From Limnochordales bacterium (lineage in GTDB: Bacteria > Bacillota > Limnochordia > Limnochordales > ZCTH02-B6): a DNA stretch of 64,000 nt. Within the stretch, counting starts at the first letter, position 1. Each line of letters opens with the position of its first letter. This document shows positions 1 to 10,550 of this stretch, piece after piece. Under the pieces are notes generated by a model. That model ran no database searches, was not told the origin of the DNA, and saw only the letters and a program-made list of their open reading frames with translations. The stretch covers positions 5,733-69,732 of the forward strand of contig DATCLD010000111.1 in NCBI GenBank assembly GCA_036564115.1, in the 5' to 3' direction. Position numbers and translations under genes: made by a program.

Positions 1-2142
1 CACGAGGTGAATGGTCCAGCCCGGCCCGAGCGCCGCCGCCGCCAACAGCCGCCACAAGGCTGCGTCGTTGCCCGGCAGCCCAAACAAGATGAGGTGCCCG
101 CGCCCGAGCCAGGGCACCAGTTCCTCCCCGTTCACGGCCAGCCCCTCTCCGTCCAGGACCGTGATGCGCGCCGCCGGGGCCGGAACGAGGCTCGTGGCCA
201 CGGGCGCCTCCTCCCTGACCATGGCGCCCGCCGCCCAGGCCAAGGCCCGGGGATCGTCGCCGACGCCGGTCAAGGCCACGATGCGGGCGCCAGTGGCCGC
301 GAGGGCGGCCATGTAGGCGGTGCGGGCCAGCGGGTGCCGCGGCGCCCTCGCCCGCCGATCGGCCACCGGCACCGGGCCAGGTCGCAAGGTCACAATGGGG
401 GCTACCGGGTGTTGCTCAGGTTTCCCGTCCAGCGCGGCCGCCACCTCGGCGCTCGCCTCGGGGGCCCGCAGCGATCGGAGCAACAGCTCGACGCGCGCCG
501 GGCCAAAGCCTTCGTTGAGCTGGGGTGTAAAGGCCACATCGAGCTCGGTGCCCGGCGAAGCGGCCTGCAACAGGGCCCCGGCACCAAACGCGATGGCCTC
601 CACAACTCGCCCTGAGTCGGGACAGCGCAGGGTGAGCTTGAGGTGGTCGCCCGACGCGCCTACCGTGCGCGCCCCGAGCACCCGCACGCCGCGGGCGGCC
701 AGGACCGGCGTCGGGTTTCCCGGCCCAAAGGGCGCCAAGGCGTCCAGCTCCCGCACCAGCCGCTCGTCGACCTGGCCGAGCGCCACCTCAAGATCGACCT
801 GGACTCTAGGCAAAAGGTCCGCCGGCCCCAGGACCTGGGCCGCCAGCTTGTTGATGCGTTCCCGAAAGGCGGCCAGCGCCGTGCGGGACACGGTGAGCCC
901 GGCCGCCATGGCATGTCCGCCGAAGCGTAGCAGGAGATCGGCACACCCGCTCAAGGCGGCGAACAAATCAAAGCCCTGGATGCTGCGGGCAGATCCTTTG
1001 CCCTCGTCTCCCTCCAGGGCGACCACCACGGCCGGACGGGCAAAGCGCTCCACGAGGCGCGCCGCTACGATGCCGATCACACCGGGGTGCCAGCCCTCCC
1101 CGGCCACCACCAGCACCCAGTCGGCCAATAGATTCTCCCGTTCCACCTGTGCCAGGGCGGCGTCGAGGATCTCGGCCTCGATCTGCTGGCGGGCGCGGTT
1201 GGCTTCGTCCAGCTGCTCGGCCAGCGGGCCGGTCTCTGCGATGTCCTCGCTCAAAAGCAGTCGGACGCCGAGGCGGGCGTGGCTGATGCGCCCCGCGGCG
1301 TTGAGCCTGGGGGCCAGGACAAACGCCACCTGGGTCGCGTTGACACGCCCAAGTTCGAGGCCGGCGGCACGGGCGAGGGCGGCCAGTCCCGCCGACGGGC
1401 GACGCCGCATGCGCTCCAAACCCGCCCGCACCAGCAGCCGGTTTTCGTCCAGCAAGGGACACACGTCCGCAATCGTGCCCAGCGCGACGAGCTCGACGGC
1501 GTCCTCACCGGGCACGGGCCGGGCCAGGCGCTGGCCCAATGCCGTCAGCAACTTATACGTGACGCCGACGCCGGCCAGGTCCCGGAAAGGATACCGGCTG
1601 TCGGCCCGCTTGGGGTTGACGACGGCCACCGCCTCAGGCAGCACGGGCCCGGGCTCGTGGTGGTCCGTCACGATCACGTCCATGCCCAGTTCGTTTGCCC
1701 GGGCGATCTCCGCCGCCGACTGGATCCCGCAGTCGACGGTGATGAGCAGCCGCACGCCCTCTCCGGCCAGCCGCTCCACCGCCTCCATATTTAGGCCGTA
1801 GCCTTCCGTCTGGCGCTCCGGGATATACCACAGGGTGGTACAGCCCAGCCGCGCGAGCTCGCGCACGAGGAGGGCAACGCTGCTCTGGCCGTCCACGTCG
1901 TAGTCGCCGTAAACCGCCACCGTCTCCCCGGCGGCCAGGGCGCGGGCCAAGCGCTCCACGGCCCGGTCCATGTCGGGCAGCAGCCACGGATCGTGCAGGG
2001 CCGACGGGCCTGGGTTGAGCAAGGCCCGCACCGCGGCAGGGTCCGTAAACCCGCGCGCGACCAAAAGGCGCGCCAGCACCCGGGAAACGCCCGCTTCCCG
2101 CTCCAGCCGTGCCGCCGCCGCCTCGTCCGGGGGCGGGCTCAT
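1..2142 (-). CDS. recJ: Single-stranded-DNA-specific exonuclease RecJ; the N-terminal 714 codons are present and the C-terminus runs off the left edge
   Basis: Absent from the ORF track because it has no stop in the window. My reverse-strand translation from ATG at 2142 reads MSPPPDEAAAARLEREAGVSRVLARLLVARGFTDPAAVRALLNPGPSALHDPWLLPDMDRAVERLARALAAGETVAVYGDYDVDGQSS... I checked ITVDCGIQ at about 1720-1740 and DVIVTDHH (DHH motif) at 1657-1680 in the same frame. No listed minus ORF lies in this frame, consistent with it being open to nt 1. The plus ORFs here (e.g. 320..1801) are Ala/Arg/Ser-rich shadows. Confidence 0.85.
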   Translation of the reverse strand, partial: MSPPPDEAAAARLEREAGVSRVLARLLVARGFTDPAAVRALLNPGPSALHDPWLLPDMDRAVERLARALAAGETVAVYGDYDVDGQSSVALLVRELARLGCTTLWYIPERQTEGYGLNMEAVERLAGEGVRLLITVDCGIQSAAEIARANELGMDVIVTDHHEPGPVLPEAVAVVNPKRADSRYPFRDLAGVGVTYKLLTALGQRLARPVPGEDAVELVALGTIADVCPLLDENRLLVRAGLERMRRRPSAGLAALARAAGLELGRVNATQVAFVLAPRLNAAGRISHARLGVRLLLSEDIAETGPLAEQLDEANRARQQIEAEILDAALAQVERENLLADWVLVVAGEGWHPGVIGIVAARLVERFARPAVVVALEGDEGKGSARSIQGFDLFAALSGCADLLLRFGGHAMAAGLTVSRTALAAFRERINKLAAQVLGPADLLPRVQVDLEVALGQVDERLVRELDALAPFGPGNPTPVLAARGVRVLGARTVGASGDHLKLTLRCPDSGRVVEAIAFGAGALLQAASPGTELDVAFTPQLNEGFGPARVELLLRSLRAPEASAEVAAALDGKPEQHPVAPIVTLRPGPVPVADRRARAPRHPLARTAYMAALAATGARIVALTGVGDDPRALAWAAGAMVREEAPVATSLVPAPAARITVLDGEGLAVNGEELVPWLGRGHLILFGLPGNDAALWRLLAAAALGPGWTIHLV

Positions 2143-2188
2143 GTTCCAGACAGTGTGCAGCTGCATGGGGCTCACCTGCAAACCAACG

Positions 2189-2521
2189 TCAAAGGGAAGG
2201 CGGAGATGAATGCGGGCGGTCAGCCGGGCGCCCCTCGTCCTTGAGCGCGGCCCGCTCCTGCTCCAGTTGCTGGAGCTTTTGCTCGAGCCGGTGGACCTGC
2301 CCTTGGAGCTGGCGGATGCGCCACGAGGCCCGGAGTTGGCGGATCAACCCGATGAGCCAGGCCACCACCGCCCCTGCCGCCGCCGAACCGACGACGACAA
2401 CGACCAGCGACGTCTGGATCTGCCAGCGGATGAGATTGACGGTGATGGGCTCGGCGTTTTGCACGGCAAAAACGGCCACGCCCAGCGCGAAAAGCAAGGC
2501 GACGATGAGCAACAACTGCAC
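2189..2521 (-). CDS. Small membrane protein, LapA/DUF1049-like two-TM domain plus C-terminal coiled coil
   Basis: Distal part of listed ORF 2189..2710. GTG at 2521 is preceded by GGGGGGA with a 7-nt spacer. VQLLLIVALLFALGVAVFAVQNAEPITVNLIRWQIQTSLVVVVVGSAAAGAVVAWLIGLI is followed by the heptad-like RIRQLQGQVHRLEQKLQQLEQERAALKDEG. The upstream 63 codons are Gly/Arg-rich and look non-coding. Confidence 0.6.
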   Translation of the reverse strand: MQLLLIVALLFALGVAVFAVQNAEPITVNLIRWQIQTSLVVVVVGSAAAGAVVAWLIGLIRQLRASWRIRQLQGQVHRLEQKLQQLEQERAALKDEGRPADRPHSSPPSL

Positions 2522-2710
2522 TGATGGGTCCCCCCGACCGCGCGGCGCTCCTGGTATCAACTGGCACTTCGCTACCGCCGAGGCCCTTCCCTGCCCCGGG
2601 CCCCTTCCCTGCCCACTGGTGCGAAGCTCTGCCTGCGGATGCACGGTCGGTGCGGCCTGTCCCCGCGTCCCTTGGCTGGAGGCTCTCCCTGCCCAGCCCC
2701 GGCGCTGCAC

Positions 2711-4378
2711 TCAGAACCGTCCCGAGCGCAGGATGCCGATGACGAGTCCCAACCCGATGAAGGCGGCCAGCACGAAGCCGATGACCCCCAACGCCGGCAC
2801 GCCCCACCAGAGGGGCCCTTGCGCCTGCAGCACGATCCCTGAGCCGATGATCAGGGCCGAGAGGACGATGGCCATGGCCACCCGGTTGCTGGTGCGCTCC
2901 AGGCGCTGCACCGTCCGATCCAGCCCCTCGTGCAGGAAGCGCACCTGCAACTCGCCGCGCAACAGCCGCGTCAGCGACCGGTCCATTTTCCCCGGTAGGC
3001 GGCCGAGAAGCTGCAGGTATTCCATCCCCTCCGCCACCGCCCTCCGGGCTACTTCGGACGGATCCAGCTGCCGCCGGATGAGCTCCTTGGCCCACGGTTT
3101 GGCGATTTCAAGCGCGTTGAACTCGGGATCGAGGCTCTTGCCCACGCCCTCGATGGTGACCAGGGCCTTGCCGAGCAAAAGCAGATCGGAAGGCAACCGC
3201 AGGCGGTGGCGATGGGCGACCTGCAGCACTTCCTGCATGAGGGGCCCAAACTCCAGCTGCTTCAGCGACTTGCCGTGATGGCGATCGATCAGGTCCTCCA
3301 GGTCTCGGCGGACGGGGCGGAGATCGACGTCGTCACCCAGCGCGCCCAACTGGACCAGCCCACGCACGACCCGGTCCGTATCCCGCCGCGTGACGCCGAC
3401 AAACAGGTCAACGACGGCGTTCATCGTCTCCTGGTCCAGGCGTCCGACGATGCCGAAGTCGATGATGCCCAGCGCCCCGTCGTCCATGACGAGGAAATTG
3501 CCCGGGTGCGGGTCGCCGTGGAAGACGCCGTCAACAAGCACCATGCGGAGAAACACTTCCGCGCCCAGCCGGGCGACCTCCCGCGGGTCGAGCCCAACCC
3601 GCTCCAGGCCCTCCCGGTCGTCCACCTTGACCCCCTGGAGGTACTCCATGACCAGCACGCGGGAAGTGGTCAACTCCCAATACACTTTGGGGATGCGGAC
3701 GCGCCGCTCGTCGGCCCACGCCCGCCGGAAGCGCTCGATATTTCCTGCTTCCAGGTGGTAATCCATCTCGCGGCGCAAGACCCGGGAGAACTCGGCCACA
3801 AACTCGCGCGGGCTGAACCGCTCCGGGCGGAGGCGTTCCTCGATGAGCTCGGCGAGGCTTGCCAGGATCTCCAGGTCGGTGGCGATCACCTCTTCAATGC
3901 CGGGGCGCCGCACCTTGACGACGACGTGCGCACCGTCCCGCAGCACGGCCCGGTGGACCTGGCCGATGGAAGCCGCGGCCAGCGGCTCCGTCTCGAACAA
4001 CGCGAAGGCTTCCTCCAGCGGCCGGCCCAGCTCCCGTTCCACTTCCCGGATGATGGCCTGCACGTCCACTGGGGGAACGTGATCCTGCAGCAGGGACAAT
4101 TCCGCGGCGATGTCCTCCGGGACGATGTCAGGGCGGGTGCTCAAGATCTGGCCAAGCTTGATGAAGGTGGGACCAAGCGTTTCCAACGCGGAGCGCAAGC
4201 GCGCACCCCGGGTTTGCTCGGGAGGGGCTGGCGGCATGAGGCGCCGGCGGAACGGGATAAGGTGCTGGAGATCCAGCTGCGCCAGGACATAGTCGAAACC
4301 GTAGCGCAGCAGGACCTCCACGATCTGCCGGTAGCGGCGCAGGTGTCTATAGCGCCGCGGTATGAAGCCGAAAGGCAC
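2711..4378 (-). CDS. ABC1/UbiB-family atypical protein kinase (AarF-like), two C-terminal TM helices
   Basis: 555-aa ORF. N-terminus is MPFGFIPRRYRHLRRYRQIVEVLLRYGFDY. It contains LGPTFIKLGQILSTRPDIVPEDI, AAASIGQVHRA, VVVKVRRPGI and GVFHGDPHPGNFLV, the typical ABC1 kinase motifs. The hydrophobic tail is AMAIVLSALIIGSGIVL...GVIGFVLAAFIGLGLVIGIL. Confidence 0.85.
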   Translation of the reverse strand: MPFGFIPRRYRHLRRYRQIVEVLLRYGFDYVLAQLDLQHLIPFRRRLMPPAPPEQTRGARLRSALETLGPTFIKLGQILSTRPDIVPEDIAAELSLLQDHVPPVDVQAIIREVERELGRPLEEAFALFETEPLAAASIGQVHRAVLRDGAHVVVKVRRPGIEEVIATDLEILASLAELIEERLRPERFSPREFVAEFSRVLRREMDYHLEAGNIERFRRAWADERRVRIPKVYWELTTSRVLVMEYLQGVKVDDREGLERVGLDPREVARLGAEVFLRMVLVDGVFHGDPHPGNFLVMDDGALGIIDFGIVGRLDQETMNAVVDLFVGVTRRDTDRVVRGLVQLGALGDDVDLRPVRRDLEDLIDRHHGKSLKQLEFGPLMQEVLQVAHRHRLRLPSDLLLLGKALVTIEGVGKSLDPEFNALEIAKPWAKELIRRQLDPSEVARRAVAEGMEYLQLLGRLPGKMDRSLTRLLRGELQVRFLHEGLDRTVQRLERTSNRVAMAIVLSALIIGSGIVLQAQGPLWWGVPALGVIGFVLAAFIGLGLVIGILRSGRF

Positions 4379-4391
4379 AAGCCCTCACCGC

Positions 4392-5306
4392 CTACCGGAC
4401 GGGAGCGGGGCTGGCCTCACCCCGCCTGCGTTCCTCCCGCTCCTTCCAGAGCCACCACAATGGATTAGCCACCATCATGGACGAGTAGGTGCCGACGGTC
4501 AAGCCCACCAGGAGCACCAGCATGAAGTCCCGCAAGGTGCTGCCGCCAAAGAGGAACAAGGTGACGACGACCAAGAGCGTGGTGGCGCTCGTGTGGATGG
4601 TGCGGGCCAGCGTCTCGTTGAGGCTGCGGTTCAACAGGTCGAAGATGGATTCGCCTTTGCGCAACTGCAGGTTTTCCCGCACCCGGTCAAAGATGACGAT
4701 GGTGGCATTGAGCGAGTACCCAATGACCGTGAGGATGGCCGCGATGAAGGGGCTGTTGACCTCTACGCCCAGCGCCGAAACGACGCCCGTGGCGATGATG
4801 GCGTCGTGCAAGAGAGCAACGATCGACGCGACGGCGAACTTGAACTCAAACCGCAGGGAGACGTAAACCAGAATCCCGAGCGAAGCGAGGGCGACGGCCA
4901 AGAGTGCTCGGCGCACGAGCTCCGCCCCGATGACGGGCCCCACAAGCTCCGTGCGCAGGATCTCCACGCTGCCAAAGGCGCCGGCCAAGGCCGCGTCCAG
5001 CCGCTCAATCTCCTCGCTGGTCAATGGACGCGTCCGGATAAGCACGTCGTGGGGATCGTCCAGCGGCTGGATGACGGCTCCCGCCACGTCCAGGTCGGCC
5101 AGCTCTGCGCTGGCCAAAACTTGCCGGACGTCGCCGGCCGTCACCGGCCGGCCCAACTGCCGCTCCAACAAAGTGCCGCCCGTGAAGTCGATGCCCAGGT
5201 TGAGGCCCCGCACGCCCAGGTTGATGAGGCTGAGAACGACCAGCACGGCCGACAAGGCCAGCGTCGCCTTGCCGTAGCGCATGAAGTTGAAACGCGTCTG
5301 TCCCAT
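4392..5306 (-). CDS. secF: Protein translocase subunit SecF
   Basis: Listed ORF 4392..5378. The likely start is ATG at 5306 (MGQTRFNFMRYGKATLALSAVLVVLSLINLGVRGLNLGIDFTGGT), 4 nt after the secD stop. Typical SecF motifs are present (GIDFTGGT; IGYSLNATIVIFDRVRENL). Confidence 0.9.
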   Translation of the reverse strand: MGQTRFNFMRYGKATLALSAVLVVLSLINLGVRGLNLGIDFTGGTLLERQLGRPVTAGDVRQVLASAELADLDVAGAVIQPLDDPHDVLIRTRPLTSEEIERLDAALAGAFGSVEILRTELVGPVIGAELVRRALLAVALASLGILVYVSLRFEFKFAVASIVALLHDAIIATGVVSALGVEVNSPFIAAILTVIGYSLNATIVIFDRVRENLQLRKGESIFDLLNRSLNETLARTIHTSATTLLVVVTLFLFGGSTLRDFMLVLLVGLTVGTYSSMMVANPLWWLWKEREERRRGEASPAPVR

Positions 5307-5310
5307 GGGG

Positions 5311-6519
5311 TCAGGCTGCCTCCCGGACACCAAAGTAGCGGGCCGCACCCTGCGGGTTGGCGTCCACCGCCGCCGCAAGGAGCCACCGGGTTACGACGAT
5401 GGCCGTGAACATACTGGCCGCCACACCTAGGCTCAACGTGACCGCGAAGCCTTTCACCGGGCCCGTGCCCAGGAAGAACAAGACGCCGGCGGCGATGATC
5501 GTCGTCACGTTGGCGTCGAGAATCGCGGCAAAGGCCCGGTGGAATCCCGCCCGGATGGCGGCCCGGATCCGCTTGCCGGCCCGGAGCTCCTCTTTGATGC
5601 GCTCATAGATGATCACATTGGCGTCCACCGCCATGCCCACCGACAGGATGAGACCGGCGATGCCCGGTAGGGTCAAGGTGGCATGCAGGCCGGCCAACAG
5701 CGCGAGGACCAGCAGGATATAGACGCCCAGGGCCAGGTCGGCCAAGAGCCCCGGCAGCCGGTAGAACATGATCATATAGAGGACGACCAGGACGAGCCCC
5801 GCGATGCCGGCCCGCAGGCTGCGGTCGATGGATTCCTGCCCGAGGGTCGGGCCCACGTTGCGCATCTCAACCACTTCCAGCGGCACCGGCAGCGAACCCG
5901 CCTTCAGGAGAACGGCCAGATTGCGGGCTTCCTCATGGGTGAAGTTGCCGGTGATTTGCCCTTGGCCAGAAGTGATCGGTTCCTGGACGACGGGGGCGAC
6001 CAGGAGTTCGCCGTCCAACAGATGCGGGATAGGCTGGCCGACGTACAAGGTGGTGAGCTGGGCGAAGCGGGCGGCGCCTTCGGGCGTGAACTCCACGTCG
6101 ACCGCCGGCCGCCCGAACCGGTCGACGCCGAGGCGGGCGTCCTGCAGGTCGGCGCCGGTCAGCACTGTCCGCCCAAATGGATCTTGTATCTCCAGCTGAG
6201 CGGTGCGCCCGATGACCTCCACCGCCTGCTGTTGGTCGGTCACGCCCGGCAACTCGACCACGATGCGCCGGGAACCCTCGCGCTGGATGATGGGCTCGGC
6301 AACCCCCAGCGCGTTGATCCGGCGATCGATGATGGCCATCGCCCGCTCAATGGCCTCGTCGGAGACGGGAGTGCCGGCGGTCTCCCGCGCTTCCAAGACG
6401 ATGTGAACCCCGCCTTGCAGATCAAGGCCCAATTGCATCGGAAAACGGTATAAGACCACGCCCGTGACCGCGAGGATCACGAGGATGACCGCGATGCGTA
6501 CGATGTTCCCGCGGGGCAA
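5311..6519 (-). CDS. secD: Protein translocase subunit SecD
   Basis: Listed ORF 5311..6603. It contains LGLDLQGG and the SecD C-terminal TM bundle (GIAGLILSVGMAVDANVIIYERIKEE). I place the start at TTG 6519, with GGGAGG 9 nt upstream. A consensus promoter puts the transcription start at about 6603, where the maximal ORF begins. The TTG start leaves 29 aa before LGLDLQGG, as in B. subtilis SecDF. Confidence 0.85.
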   Translation of the reverse strand: MPRGNIVRIAVILVILAVTGVVLYRFPMQLGLDLQGGVHIVLEARETAGTPVSDEAIERAMAIIDRRINALGVAEPIIQREGSRRIVVELPGVTDQQQAVEVIGRTAQLEIQDPFGRTVLTGADLQDARLGVDRFGRPAVDVEFTPEGAARFAQLTTLYVGQPIPHLLDGELLVAPVVQEPITSGQGQITGNFTHEEARNLAVLLKAGSLPVPLEVVEMRNVGPTLGQESIDRSLRAGIAGLVLVVLYMIMFYRLPGLLADLALGVYILLVLALLAGLHATLTLPGIAGLILSVGMAVDANVIIYERIKEELRAGKRIRAAIRAGFHRAFAAILDANVTTIIAAGVLFFLGTGPVKGFAVTLSLGVAASMFTAIVVTRWLLAAAVDANPQGAARYFGVREAA

Positions 6520-6609
6520 CCTTATGTTCCTCCCTCGCTTGCGGATGGACGCCGGCACCGCGCAAGGGCCAAAAAGCGGCACCAGGCCGTCCTTGCGACA
6601 CACGCAGAC

Positions 6610-6638
6610 ATTATAATGCCGGGCCCAGGGCTTGTCAA
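6610..6638 (-). promoter_or_regulatory. Sigma-A type promoter for secDF (TTGACA-17-TATAAT)
   Basis: The reverse strand reads TTGACAagccctgggcccggcatTATAAT. The -35 is at 6638..6633 and the -10 at 6615..6610, both perfect hexamers with a 17-nt spacer. Confidence 0.7.
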
Positions 6639-6701
6639 TTTCGACAACTCCGCCTCGGCGGCCGCCGCGCCTGCGCCGGCTGCGCGCAGGCCCGGTCTCC
6701 C

Positions 6702-7148
6702 TCAGTCCCGGGCCCCCACCTGGATCATAGTGGCGAGCATGGTCGCCACCACGGTTTCGCCGTCGTTGCCGTGGGCCGTCACGTCGCCGGCGCAGACCGT
6801 GATGGTACGGCCCGGCCGCACCACCCGGCCGCGGGCCAAAAACGTATCGCCTTTGGCCGGCGCCAGCAGGTTGATTTTAAACTCGACCGTGAGCACTTCG
6901 GCTCCGGCAGGCATCAAGGTCAAGGCGGCGTAGCCGCAGGCGCTGTCCACGATGGCGGTCACCGCCGCCGCGTGCAGGTAACCGTGCTGCTGGGTCAACT
7001 CCGGGCGAAAGGGCAGCCGGATATCGACCAGCCCCGGCTCGACGCGCACCAGTTCCGCCCCAAACAGCGCCATGATCCGCTGCTTGGCAAAGCTTTCCCG
7101 CACCCGCTGCGCGTAGTCCGGCGTTTTCGGCGGCCACGTTGCCGCCAC
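6702..7148 (-). CDS. PaaI-family (hotdog fold) acyl-CoA thioesterase
   Basis: 148 aa. The pattern matches PaaI/YbgC-like thioesterases: ...FGAELVRVEPGLVDIRLPFRPELTQQHGYLHAAAVTAIVDSACGYAALTLMPAGAEVLTVEFKINLLAPAKGDTFLARGRVVRPGRTITVCAGDV. Confidence 0.75.
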   Translation of the reverse strand: MAATWPPKTPDYAQRVRESFAKQRIMALFGAELVRVEPGLVDIRLPFRPELTQQHGYLHAAAVTAIVDSACGYAALTLMPAGAEVLTVEFKINLLAPAKGDTFLARGRVVRPGRTITVCAGDVTAHGNDGETVVATMLATMIQVGARD

Positions 7149-7198
7149 CGGCCTGCACCTCCCCCAGTGTGGTGACTGCGTGGGACGGCGGCCGGCGG

Positions 7199-7888
7199 TT
7201 ATGCGAGCCGGGCGCCGTTGACTACCAAGTGGAACCTGCAGTCGAGGAACTCCGCCGCACGCCGGGACATGATCATGCGCTGGAGGAAGATCTCAAAGTA
7301 CTCCAGCACGGACGTCACTTCGGTCTCGATGGTGAGCTCCAGCGTGATGGCGCGCGCCGCACCGTCCACCGAAAGAAAGGAGCGCACCACGGCATAGTTG
7401 ACGCGGTCGTGGATGTCAAAGGTCGCCGGGTCGCGGTTGCGCACCCGCGTCCGGTGCACGTCGGACTTGTCCGCCAGGATTAGGGCCGCCGACACCCGGT
7501 TGACCGGGTGGCCGTGCTCCTCCTCATGGTTGCCGATCGCGCCAAGGATGGTGGCCGCCTCCTGGTGCGGCATACCCAGCTCTTCCAGGATTGGCGCCAT
7601 CAGCACCGCTCCGGTAAGCGCGTGGCCGGCCCGCCCGATGACGTTGCCGATGTCGTGGGTGTAGCCGGCGATGGCGGCGAGCTCCGCCTCCCGGGCCGGG
7701 AAGCCCAGGCGCGTCATGACGTTGTAGGCGATCTTGGCCACCAGGCTGCAATGGCGCTCCCCGTGTTCGGTGAACCCGATGGCAGCCAAGTGGGCGTCCG
7801 CCGCCTTGATGAAGGCGCTCACGCGCGGGTGCGCCCGCACCACGTCCAGCGTGACCGGCGCCCCAGCGGTTCCCGTACCGGCGCCCAC
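7199..7888 (-). CDS. HD-domain metal-dependent phosphohydrolase
   Basis: 229 aa. It has H..HD-type signatures (TEHGERHCSLVAKIAYNV; AGYTHDIGNVIGRAGHALTGA; AIGNHEEEHGHP). It starts 4 nt after the yajC stop, so co-transcription is likely. Confidence 0.7.
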   Translation of the reverse strand: MGAGTGTAGAPVTLDVVRAHPRVSAFIKAADAHLAAIGFTEHGERHCSLVAKIAYNVMTRLGFPAREAELAAIAGYTHDIGNVIGRAGHALTGAVLMAPILEELGMPHQEAATILGAIGNHEEEHGHPVNRVSAALILADKSDVHRTRVRNRDPATFDIHDRVNYAVVRSFLSVDGAARAITLELTIETEVTSVLEYFEIFLQRMIMSRRAAEFLDCRFHLVVNGARLA

Positions 7889-7891
7889 CGA

Positions 7892-8188
7892 TCAGTCACG
7901 ACCTTTCACGTGTCCGACGCCTTGCCGGCTCAGGCGGATCTCCACCTTGTCGGCGATGCGCAGATGAACCTCGTCATCTTTCACGGCGGTGATTTCCCCG
8001 TGAATGCCGCCAACCGTGATCACCTTGTCGCCGACCTTGAGGCTGTCCAGCATTTCCTTGCGCTTCTTCTGCTGCTGCATTTGCGGGCGGATCAGGAAAA
8101 AGTAGAACACCGCGAACATGAGGATGAGGGGCAACAGCGACCCAAACATCCCCGCGGCCGGGGTCGTGTCCGCTTGCAAGAATACCAT
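7892..8188 (-). CDS. yajC: Preprotein translocase subunit YajC
   Basis: 98 aa. LLPLILMFAVFYFFLIRPQMQQQKKRKEMLDSLKVGDKVITVGGIHGEITAV is the canonical YajC sequence pattern. Confidence 0.92.
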   Translation of the reverse strand: MVFLQADTTPAAGMFGSLLPLILMFAVFYFFLIRPQMQQQKKRKEMLDSLKVGDKVITVGGIHGEITAVKDDEVHLRIADKVEIRLSRQGVGHVKGRD

Positions 8189-8224
8189 CCGTCGGTCACT
8201 CCTCGCTGGTGGGCATGGAAATTC

Positions 8225-9462
<1,238 letters not shown>

Positions 9463-9485
<23 letters not shown>

Positions 9486-10485
9486 CGAAGCTGTAGAAGC
9501 GGTAGCGCTGCCGCACCGCCTCTTGGTACGCGGCCAGCGTCCGCTCGCGGCCCAATAAGGCGCTGACCAGCATCAGCAACGTGGAACGGGGTAGGTGGAA
9601 ATTGGTGATGAGGGCGTCCACGATCTTCCACCGGTAGCCGGGATAGATAAAAAGGTCGGTCCACCCGTCCCCGCACCGGACCCGGCCGTCCGCGGCGCTC
9701 GCCTCCAACGTCCGTGCCACGGTGGTGCCTACCGCCACGACCCGCCGCCCCTCCCGCTTGGCCGCGTTGACGGCCTCCGCCGTCGCCTGCGGTACGGAAA
9801 AGTACTCGGCGTGCATGCGATGCTCTTCCACCCGCTCCGCCTGGACGGGCCGGAAAGTCCCTAGGCCGACGTGCAAGGTGAGATAGACAATCTCAACGCC
9901 CATCCCTTGAAGCCTGTCCAACAGCTCCGGCGTAAAGTGCAGGCCCGCCGTGGGGGCGGCCGCCGAACCGGCGTCCCGGGCGTACACGGTCTGATAGCGC
10001 TCAGGATCGGCCAGCGGCGCCCGGATGTAAGGCGGCAGGGGCACCTGCCCCAGTTCCTTAAGGCGCTCATCCAGATCATCCGCGGGCGCAAACCGCAGCA
10101 CGCGGCCGCCGGCTTCAGTGCGGTCGATGACTTCGGCCGACAACTGCCCCTCGCCAAAGACAATCCGGGTGCCCACCGGCAGCCGCCGGCCCGGCCGCAC
10201 CAGGGCCTCCCACGCATCCGGCCCGCGCCGGCGAAGGAGCAGCACCTCCACCCGCCCACCCGTTGACGCCTTGACCCCAAAGAGGCGCGCGGGCATGACG
10301 CGCGTGTCGTTGAGGACGAGTACGTCTCCGGCCCGCAGGTATTGGGGCAGGTCCCGGAAAATCCGGTGCTCCATAAGGCCGGTGTCCCGGTGCACCACCA
10401 AAAGCCGCGCCGCATCCCGCGGCTCCACCGGGGTTTGGGCGATCAGTTCCTCAGGCAGTTCGTAGTCGAAATCGCTGACGCGCAA
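9463..10485 (-). CDS. queA: S-adenosylmethionine:tRNA ribosyltransferase-isomerase
   Basis: 340 aa. TTG start with GAGGAGAG 6 nt upstream. [30 protein letters not shown]..., [17 protein letters not shown] and SFGDAMLIL are typical QueA features. Confidence 0.93.
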
Positions 10486-10515
10486 CGGTTTCTCTCCTCA
10501 CGAGCGCGGCAGGGC

Positions 10516-10545
10516 GGAAAGCCAAAGACCCCGGCAGCGGCCGGG
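10516..10545 (-). terminator. Possible intrinsic terminator after era
   Basis: The reverse strand reads CCCGGC-cgct-GCCGGG followed by GTCTTTGGCTTTCC. The stem is short (6 bp) and the T-tract interrupted, so it is probably only partially efficient. Confidence 0.4.
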
Positions 10546-10550
10546 ATCCG

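Noticed and set aside
320-1801. 493-aa plus-strand ORF, and several others between 7 and 2244 on both strands
   Set aside because: Their composition is Ala/Arg/Ser/Pro-rich low complexity with no recognisable motif. The region is fully explained by recJ on the minus strand, which has clear DHH motifs. They are typical antisense shadow ORFs of a very GC-rich genome.
6669-6691. Hairpin GCCTGCGC-cggctgc-GCGCAGGC after the thioesterase gene as an intrinsic terminator
   Set aside because: No U-tract follows it on the transcribed (minus) strand. The stem is only 8 bp in a GC-rich background. It is too weak to call.
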